Source: Macrostomum lignano (taxonomy: Eukaryota). Taken from it: a stretch of 28,017 bases of DNA. Both the position numbers and the translations under genes were made by a program. The notes below the pieces were generated by a model that made no database searches, was not told the origin of the DNA, and saw only the letters and a program-made list of their open reading frames with translations. The DNA lies in assembly GCA_002269645.1 (NCBI GenBank), contig NIVC01005041.1, positions 1-28,017 of the forward strand, given 5' to 3'. Positions 1 to 8,189 of this stretch are shown piece by piece (positions within the stretch are counted from its first letter, which is position 1; every line of letters starts with the position of its first letter).

Positions 1-341
1 AAAGCTAATTGTGTTTTCAACGACTCCATTATTAACGTGAAATTATATTAATTTTAACTTTGCTGCTCACAGCCATTTCTGAATTTCGTTTTCATTTTTT
101 GATTCTTCATTCTGCAGCCTCGCACACAGTTTGTAAATCTCCCGCGTTCGGCTCTATTGGTGTAAAAACTCGAATTTGTTTTTTTTATTTGTCAATTTCA
201 AGTAGAAAGTGTTGGAAGCAAAAACTGTGGAATCTCCGTTTCTCATCTGCAAAAACTGCGATTGTCTTATTATCTCATTTCTGCTAATGGACCACAAGAT
301 CTACTGGTGCCACAACTGCCGGCGTGCATTGCCGCTCCACA

Positions 342-835
342 GGGAGATTTCTGATGGCGGGAGATGAGGGGGCGATTTTTGATGGTGGGAGATGAGGAGG
401 GAGATTTCTGATGGCGGGCGATTTCTGATGGTGGGAGATGAGGGGCGATTTCTGATGGTGGGAGATGAGGGGCGATTTCTGATGGTGGGAGATGAGGGGC
501 GATTTCTGATGGTGGGAGATGAGGGGCGATTTCTGATGGCGGAGATGAGGGGCGATTTCTGATGGTAGGAGATGAGGGGCGATTTCTGATGGTGGAGATG
601 AGGGGCGATTTCTGATGGCGGGAGATGAGGGGCGATTTCTGATGGCGGGAGATGAGGGGCGATTTCTGATGGCGGGAGATGAGGGGCGATTTCTGATGGC
701 GGGAGATGAGGGGCGATTTCTGATGGCGGAGATGAGGGGCGATTTCTGATGGTAGGAGATGAGGGGCGATTTCTGATGGTAGGAGATGAAGGGGCGATTT
801 CTGATGGTAGGAGATGAAGGGGAGATTTCTGATGG
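342..835 (+). repeat. 27-bp minisatellite (GGGGCGATTTCTGATGGYGGGAGATGA), ~18 copies
   Basis: Period read directly (attt at 421 and 448). Copy number estimated from length. Confidence 0.95.
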
Positions 836-1478
836 CTATAGAAACACTGAGTTGCGCCTAAAGCGCATCTGCGTCACTCTATGAATTAGAATCGCATTTC
901 TGATTGATAACAACTCTACTTAGTCTACTTGAGTTAGTAGAAAGTTTGGCGCTAACATGAGACTTTTTGAGACTTTAACGATTCTATAACTTCCATGATG
1001 CGGCGTGACTCAACAGTCGCCTCTCCGTCGCATTACAGTCAGTCGTGAAAAAGTCAAGAGAGTCGCCAGTGAGTTGTTCACAGTGACTTTTTATCGATTT
1101 TTGTCACAGTAGCGTTTTCAACGGCTCAGGTTTTACAGAAGTGTAACTTTACCACCAACTGGCCGGCCGTATGCATTCCGTTTCCGCTTTATTCCGGCTT
1201 ACTGACGTTGCAATCAAATTAACTTTTAATGCTGGCTCCAGCAGCAGCATTTAATTTTCTAACAATAACAAAGCGATTCAATCCGCTCAGAATTAATTGA
1301 TCCCCATCCCGTGGTTGAGGCTGCGGAGCCCCCACCCCACCCTGTTTGCCATGACTTCCCAATTGGAACAGACAGAATGCTTTAAATCAACTCCGGAGCG
1401 CCCCCCCCCCTCAGCTTGTCCCGGTTCCCCTGCATCTCTGTAGAACTCGCTGCCTTCTCTACCATTTGAGTCATTCGA

Positions 1479-2380
1479 GTGAGCGCGTTGCTGCTGCTGC
1501 TGCTGGCCGCCGGGGCCGCCGCCGGACAGCCTGGCTGCTTCACGGAGTCGCAGTTCGCCTCGATCTGCGAGCCGCCGGTTCGAGTCGCCAGCGGCAGCCA
1601 AGGCGTCCGCGGCTGCTTCCGGCCGGACCTGCCGCAGCCGACGGGAGCCGCCGCGGGCGAGTCGGTCACGTGGGACGCCGCCGCCGGTGTCTGCGAGCGT
1701 CGCCCGACCGACTGTGGCGACTTCGCCGCCTGCCCCGTCTCGGCCTCGGCAGGGGGCCGCTGCCTCGTGTCCTGCGACATCGCCGAGCGCGGCTTCCTCG
1801 CGCTGAGCATCCGAGCGGGCGTCGGCGTCAAGTCGTTCGACCTGGTCGACTCGCCGAGCCGCAGCAACGGCTCCGCCGTCCAGGGCACACCCGGGTCCGC
1901 CAGCCTCCTGCCCGACCTGTTCCGCGCCAGCGCCATCGACCAGCTGCCCACCGTGGCGCCGAAGCTCACCTTCAAGGAGGCCGTCGTCCAGCTCTCCGTC
2001 GCCGCCTCTGTCGTCGTGAAGGTCACCTTCGACCTCTCGGCGTCGCCTCACGAGCTGAACAGGACCAACTGGTTCTCTCGGGACCGGCTGAAGGCCAGCT
2101 GGCCCGTCACCGACCTCGCCAGCAGGACCTTCAACTACTTCAGCATCGGAGGTTATGCTGATGGCATACTCGAGCGTCGCTGGTTCATCAATTATGCTTA
2201 CGGCGGCTGCCGGGCGATCTCGGCCTCATGGTAGCTCTCGACGTAACGGACGGCTGCGCTGCCTCCTGGGGCAACGGCAGCGTGACCTCGCCGCCGCGGC
2301 TGGTGTACAGCACGCAGCCGAGTGAGCCATTTGAGACGAGTTTCCAGCTTGCTGACAGGCTGGCCGTGACCCTGCGCTGA
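1479..2380 (+). pseudogene. Predicted secreted Cys-rich protein (~300 aa if repaired); 1-nt frameshift at ~2210 and no in-frame ATG, so either a pseudogene or an assembly error
   Basis: Very GC-rich ORF 1479..2234 begins with a signal-peptide-like stretch (SALLLLLLAAGAAAG-QPG). After GGC TGC CGG GC the coding-like sequence continues in another frame as DLGLMVALDVTDGCAASWGNGSVTSPPRLVYSTQPSEPFETSFQLADRLAVTLR* (TGA 2378-2380). N-glycosylation sequons NGS, NRT, NGS. In-frame TGA at 1467-1469 upstream. Confidence 0.6.
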
Positions 2381-2420
2381 GCTGCTCAGTTGCCGAGCAT
2401 AAATATGGAAACTACGGATC

Positions 2421-2426
2421 AATAAA
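2421..2426 (+). terminator. Candidate poly(A) signal of the plus-strand gene
   Basis: AATAAA about 40 nt after the repaired stop at 2380. Confidence 0.5.
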
Positions 2427-2525
2427 CAAATAGAGACAACGCTTGGGTTGCACACTAATTTGAGAGAATTAAGCAAATTGCATATTTTCGAGCTGCGCAA
2501 TAGATAAGGAGGATTAATAAAATAG

Positions 2526-2531
2526 TTTATT
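2526..2531 (-). terminator. Candidate poly(A) signal of the Bub1-family gene
   Basis: AATAAA on the minus strand (tttatt on plus), about 345 nt after the stop codon, in an AT-rich segment. Confidence 0.45.
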
Positions 2532-2873
2532 CGGCAGTAATATTAATGCACCAACAAATAAGTTTGCAAATAAATACACACAAAAATGCACACAAACAAT
2601 GGCATAAAACAAAGCTATATAATTTAGCTAATAATGCTTCGAACTTAGCACCGCAACTAAAAATGCCTTTGATTTGTTGTTGGCATGTAAAATTAAACTG
2701 CCACGCGTCTGAATGCAGAGCTCAGTGAGAGAAAAAATTTATAAGAAGCTAATGGAATATTAATTTTCAGTACCCAAATTAGAAAACATTGATTGACTGA
2801 CTTTGCCTTACTTTCTACTGATTCAAACATTGTTAGTAGTATTGCTTGGAAATCATCGTCAGAATGAATTAAT

Positions 2874-3045
2874 TCACGGAGGCGAAATCGGCGGCCGATT
2901 GAAGCAGGCGGCATATTCTTTGATCTTGCAGTGAATTATTTCAGCGAGAGCGGCTGTGTGCCGAGCCAGGCTGGTCGGGCACAGCTCCGACTGGCTGTTC
3001 ATCAGCTCCTGGAGCAGGTCCGGCCACACCTGCGCTGACCAGCCG
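2874..3045 (-). CDS. BUB1: MadBub terminal exon (GWSAQVWPDLLQELMNSQSELCPTSLARHTAALAEIIHCKIKEYAACFNRPPISPP*)
   Basis: Hand translation. 'W..L...LMN' matches the Bub1 C-terminal helices. Acceptor ccaaccaacag, phase 2 fits exon 10. Stop TGA at 2876-2874. Confidence 0.88.
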
Positions 3046-3104
3046 CTGTTGGTTGGGGGAGGCGGTTGATGGACTCTTTTGATATGATTGCTTTATGATT
3101 GGGG

Positions 3105-3851
3105 CGATTCTCACGATGAGATTCGGCCGATTCTCAGGATGGGACAGGGCGATTCTCAGGATGGGATAGGATGGGATGGGATGGGATGGGATGCGATTCT
3201 CTGGTTGAGATTGAGGTGATTCGATCTCGGGTTGAGATCGGGGCGATTCTCAGGATGAGATGGGGCGATTCTCAAGATGAAATTGGTGCGATTCTCAGAA
3301 TGAGATTGGTGCGATTCTCAGGATGAGGTTTGGGCGATTCTTGAGATGAGATTAAGGGCGATTCTCAGGATGAAATTGAGGCGATTCTCAGAATGAGATT
3401 GAAGCGATTCTCAGGATGAGGTTGAAGCGATTCTCAGAATGAGATTGGTGCGATTCTCAGGATGAGGTTTGGGCGATTCTCAGAATGAGATTGGTGCGAT
3501 TCTCAGGATGAGGTTTGGGCGATTCTTGAGATGAGATTAAGGGCGATTCTCAGGATGAAATTGAGGCGATTCTCGGAATGAGATTGAAGCGATTCTCAGG
3601 ATGAGGTTGAAGCGATTCTCAGAATGAGATTGGTGCGATTCTCAGGATGAGGTTTGGGCGATTCTCAGAATGAGATTGGTGCGATTCTCAGGATGAGGTT
3701 TGGGCGATTCTTGAGATGAGATTAAGGGCGATTCTCAGGATGAAATTGAGGCGATTCTCGGAATGAGATTAAGGGCGATTCTCAGGATGAACTTGAGGCG
3801 ATTCTCAGAATGAGATTGGTGCGATTCTCAGGATGAGGTTGGGGCGATTCT
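3105..3851 (+). repeat. ~23-bp minisatellite (GCGATTCTCAGGATGAGATTGGT-like) with a 185-bp higher-order repeat, in intron 10
   Basis: Variant unit ttgagatgagattaaggg recurs at 3341, 3526 and 3711. Confidence 0.93.
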
Positions 3852-3952
3852 AATGAACAGTGACCGATATCCAACATAATTAGTGAATAAGCGGCTGCAT
3901 TCAGCATAAGCCAACCAGGGGGGGGGGGGCACCGCAATGAAGTTGGGCTCAC

Positions 3953-4425
3953 CGAGGCAGTCGCGGGGCGCCCTTCAGGCGGACGCCACTGTCGCCAGCT
4001 GTCACAGTCATGTAGGACTGGAAGATGAGGCAGTAAATCACGCTGGCCAGGTTAAACAGGTCGCACTGGCAGGTCCACACCTGATTGGACATCATCTGCG
4101 GACACAGGAACGTGGCCGAGGCCTTGTCCCGGCTCTTGGCGGCCGCGCCACCGTGCAGGCGCAGTACGAAGCCCTCGCCAGACAGCTGCGAGAACTCCAT
4201 GGCCTGGCCGAAGTCCAGCAGCAGCACCGAGTGCAGGCGGCCGTCGCGAATCAGCGACAAGGCGTCGATTGGGCGACCTTCGGCCGCTGCCGATTCAACA
4301 GCTGGGCGGAGGTCGGGCAGGCCGAGGAACACCAGGTTGTCCGGCTTGATGTCGGCGTGCAGCAGGCGGGCCCGATGGAGCGAGCAGACCAGGTACAGCA
4401 GCTCCAGGCTGATGTACGCCACCAC
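3953..4425 (-). CDS. BUB1: MadBub exon 10: kinase C-lobe (LHRARLLHADIKPDN...LLLDFGQAME...FLCPQMMSNQVWTCQCDLFNLASVIYCLIF)
   Basis: HxDIKPDN catalytic loop, DFG, and Bub1-type 'W.YQ.D.F..A..V.C.LF'. Acceptor attatccag, donor CG|gtgagc. 473 nt, phase 0 to 2. Confidence 0.95.
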
Positions 4426-4506
4426 CTGGATAATCAGTTTGATTTTGCGATTGTCACTGATTGTCGGTAAAATGTTGGCGACATTATTGTTTAACGCTAG
4501 AACCGA

Positions 4507-5090
4507 TTGGCTGACAAGATGGATGGAATCGCTGACAAGATAAATGGAATCGCTGACAAAATGAGTGGATTGGCTGACAAGATTAATGGAATAGCTGACA
4601 AGATGAGTGGATTGGCTGACAAGATGAATGGACTCGCTGACAAGATGAATGGAATCGTTGACAAGATGAGTGGATTGGCTGACAAGATGAATGGACTCGC
4701 TGACAAGATGGATGGAATCGCTGACAAGATGAATGGAATCGTTGACAAGATGAATGGAATCGCTGACAAGATGGATGGAATCGCTGACAAGATGAATGGA
4801 CTCGCTGAGAAGATGAATGGACTCGCTGACAAGATGAATGGATTGGCTGACAAGATGAATGGAATCGCTGACAAGATGAATGGATTGGCTGACAAGATGA
4901 ATGGAATCGCTGACAAGATGAATGGATTGGCTGACAAGATGAATGGAATCGCTGACAAGATGAATGGATTGGCTGACAAGATGAATGGAATCGCTGACAA
5001 GATGAATGGATTGGCTGACAAGATGAATGGAATCGCTGACAAGATGAATGGAATCGCTGACAAGATGAATGGATTGGCTGACAAGATGAA
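4507..5090 (+). repeat. 21-bp minisatellite (GCTGACAAGATGAATGGAATC), ~28 copies, in intron 9
   Basis: Heptad-periodic ORFs on both strands (ADKMNGI; HLVSDSI). No indels seen. Confidence 0.96.
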
Positions 5091-5112
5091 GATTGATATT
5101 AAAATGACTCAC

Positions 5113-5352
5113 CGGTTCGGCCAGCCGGCTCCGCTCAGTGATGCACCGGTTCACCAGGTGCAACAAGGAGCCGGTGCTGTAGCAGGACTGGACCAGCACG
5201 CTGGCCTCCTTGAAGGCGTGCACGCGGACGGCGTCGCACAGACCGGGCCGGCAGTCGGGCAGGTCGGGCCAGCGCTGAGTGGACAGGCGCTGGTGGGCCA
5301 GACGGATGAGGAGAAACTCCTCCAGCAGCGGCGGGCTCTGCCACTTCAGCAC
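5113..5352 (-). CDS. BUB1: MadBub exon 9: kinase N-lobe (VLKWQSPPLLEEF...YSTGSLLHLVN)
   Basis: Catalytic Lys (VLK) and alphaC Glu, cf. Bub1 'VLKVQKPANPWEF'. Acceptor cacctgccag, donor CCG|gtgagt. 240 nt, phase 0 to 0. Confidence 0.92.
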
Positions 5353-5438
5353 CTGGCAGGTGGGCGTTAATTAAAAGGGTTAAGGGAGGGGTAGCGGCTC
5401 TGTTGAAGCAGGATCACGTGAGCACATAATCAACTCAC

Positions 5439-6362
5439 CAGCTTTCGCTCATTGGCGGTGTACACCTCGCCGAAGGCTCCGCTGGCCAGTTTGGCGATGT
5501 CTCTGTAATGAAAGCTGCCATGCACAATTGATCGAACATTTCGGCGAAGATTAACAAACGGATTAGTGCCGAGTCCGCGCACAATATCCTTGGCAAATTG
5601 GGTTTTCAGCTCGTTAGCATTGGGGCGCCAGAGATGGGCTGACTGCTGCGAGAAGGGCAGGTCCGGCTCCAATGCCAGGTGAACGGCGCCTGGCGCTGAC
5701 GAGGAGAGCACCAGAGCGCTGGCGGAGGCCAGGCCGTCCGGCACGCAGATGGTGTGCGTAGCCGACAAGTCGATGGTTGTCTGGTTCGGCGCCCCGCCGG
5801 CGCCACCCTCGTCTTCATCCTCGATATTGTCCAGCTCGTCCTCCAACTCGCCGAAGATGCTGAAGCCGCAGGCGGCGGCGCGGCCGGCTACGGTGGCGGA
5901 CATTGTTGAGCTGGCGGCGGCGGCAGATCGGATACCAAAGGCGGCCAGGGTGTCGTCCTCATCCTCGGCAGCTGGCGGCGGCTTCGCCTCGGCACCAGCT
6001 GCTGTCTCCGGCTTGTCCTCCTCAATCAGAGTGCGCCGGCAGCTGCTCGAAGGACTGTCCCGCCGGCGGCTAGTAGACCGATGATGGTCGTCGTCGACCA
6101 CGGTCAGCGCGGCAGACGAGTCGCTGGCCAGAGAAGCGGCGGCGGCGGCAGCGAATCGCGAAGCGTTAGTCGTCGAGCCATGCAGCTTAGCGTTCTCAAT
6201 GGAGGCCTGCGAGTTTGCCAGCACTGAATGCTGCTGCTGCTGCTGCTCTGCCACTGCCTCGGGAGCTGCCGGGTCAGCGCCGCTGCTGCCGCCGACGCCG
6301 CCGCTAGCTGAGGATGCGCCAGAACTGCGCTCTAACAGCGAGCCAAGAACCGGCGGCTGCCT
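5439..6362 (-). CDS. BUB1: MadBub exon 8: low-complexity linker, FSIFGE motif, pre-kinase extension and Gly-rich loop (LASGAFGEVY)
   Basis: Track ORF 5430..6254 extended upstream to acceptor ctaatcccgcag. Donor CTG|gtgagt. 924 nt, phase 0 to 0. Confidence 0.9.
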
Positions 6363-6561
6363 CTGCGGGATTAGGGGGTACGAAAGAACATCTTAGGTTC
6401 GATCGCTCGGGTGGCAATCAACTATCAACACTATTGCTACTACGGCTAGTGAAACTTTAGATTATAGCGCAGGGGTTGGCCCACTCCAGCCCACAAAGCC
6501 TCTCTATCCGGCTGACGGGTCCTTTGAAACTTCACAATAGCAATCCGGCCCGCTCAGGGTT

Positions 6562-7140
6562 TGTGTCTCTTCTCAGCTCCTTTCTCTAAAATATCTTCTC
6601 CTATTTTATCTCCCTTCCCTCCTCTTGTCTCCCTTCTCTTCTCTCCTCTCCCTTCTCTTGTCTCCTCTTTCCTCTCCTCTCCTCTCCCTTCTCTCCTCTC
6701 TTCTCCCTTCTCTTCTCTCCTCTCCCTTCTCTTCTCTCCTCTTTTCTCTTCTCTCCTCTCCCTTCTCTTCTCTCCTCTTTTCTCTTCTCTCCTCTCCCTT
6801 CTCTTCTCTCCTCTTTTCTTTCCTCTCCCTTCTCTTTTCTCCTCTCCCTTCTCTTGTCTCCTCTTTCCTCTCCTCTCCTCTCCCTTCTCTTCTCTCCTCT
6901 CCCTTCTCTCCTCTCCTCTGCCTTCTCTTCTCTCCTCTCCCTTCTCTCCTCTCCTCTCCCTTCTCCCCTCTCCTCTCCGATTTCATATCTTCTCTCCTCT
7001 CCTCTCTTCTACTATATTCCCTTGTCACTCCTTTCTCCTATCTCTCTTCCCTTTTTCATCTCCTTTTTCCTATCTCTCTTCCCTTTTTCATCTCCTTTCT
7101 CCTATCTCTCTTCCCTATTCCATCTCCTTTCTTCCCTCCT
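6562..7140 (+). repeat. Degenerate polypyrimidine (CT-rich) tract, in intron 7
   Basis: Almost exclusively C/T (cttctcttctctcctctc motifs). Confidence 0.93.
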
Positions 7141-7312
7141 CTAGCCCGCAGCCATGCGCTGGGTTCTCATGTGACCCTTGACGTAAAACAGTTTGCCGAT
7201 CCCTGTTCTAGCGGGACTGTTTAGGCAAGTGACAAGGCAGCTGCTTGTGTCACCCCTCAATGCAGCAACAGAGAGGGAAATGGGAAAGTAAGCTGAGACT
7301 AAAAACACTTAC

Positions 7313-8019
7313 AATCGGATTTCTAATAATCTGCGTGCTCTGCGAAGAGGGCGTGAATTCGATAACGCTGGTCTCTCCGCCGCTGCCAAACAGATTAGCC
7401 GCAACGGCAGCCGACATACTCGTAGTTTGGTCAGCTGGCGGCTGCGGCTTCTGCTCAGCTGCAGAGCCGGACATCTGCGGGGCCAAGCCTTTTTTATTGC
7501 TGCGGTGCTGCTGCTGCTGCTGCGACTGCTGTTGTTGTTGCTGCATTGAAGGCGGCGCTGGGACTTTGAACTCGCCTTGCTGCTTCTGTTGCACCGGCTG
7601 AGGCGGGGGCAGAGGCGTTTTAAACTGCGCCTGCTCCGATCTTTTCGGCTCAGAGGCCAGCAGGCTTTGGTCGCAGAAAATTTCAAAAGCAGGTTTTTGA
7701 GTATTTTGCATATCTTGCTGCCGCTGCTGCTGCTGCTGCGGCACCAGGCTCTGGTCGCAGAAGATTTCAAAAGCTGGCTGAGGCTGCTGCTGCTTCTGCA
7801 AAGATGCGGGAGGCTTTGCCGGCTTGCCAGCAGCCTCATCTTCATCAACCAGCATGGACTCCATCTCGCGAGGATAGCGCGGCGGCGCGGCGTCGCGAAA
7901 CAGCGAGTGCAACTCCTTGAAGGCCTCCTTGGTGTTGACGGTAGGCGATGGAGCCGCCAATGAGCTGGGCGGCTGCTTGGCGGCGCGCATCGGCGTTCGC
8001 GAGTCCGGATGCGGTGGAT

Positions 8020-8053
<34 letters not shown>

Positions 8054-8152
8054 CTCATTTATCTGCTGCTGCTGCTGCTGCACCTGGCGCCTCAGCTCTT
8101 CAATCTCGGCATCGCGCTGTTCCAAATCGTCCTGGATTCGTTCGGCCCGCAG
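7313..8152 (-). CDS. BUB1: MadBub exon 7: end of coiled coil, polyQ, CDI motif (PSPTVNTKEAFKELHSLF), two FEIFCD ABBA motifs
   Basis: Track ORF 7250..8125. PSPTVNTKEA resembles Bub1 CDI 'PSPTVHTKEA'. Acceptor gttcccgcag, donor ATT|gtaagt. 840 nt, phase 0 to 0. Confidence 0.9.
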
Positions 8153-8189
8153 CTGCGGGAACAGCGGTTGGACTTTTATTGATTGACAA

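Noticed and set aside
287-367. Short ORF MDHKIYWCHNCRRALPLHREISDGGR* with a CxxC resembling zinc-ribbon starts
   Set aside because: Only 26 aa, no donor site, no second CxxC, and it runs into the minisatellite.
1293-2161. Overlapping ORFs 1293..2051(-), 1382..2026(-), 1466..2161(+) and similar antisense ORFs over Bub1 exons
   Set aside because: Shadow ORFs of GC-rich coding sequence with no recognisable motifs.
6395-6415. GGTTCGATC B-box-like string on the plus strand
   Set aside because: Isolated, no A-box or stem, and no extended similarity to the two other B-box segments.
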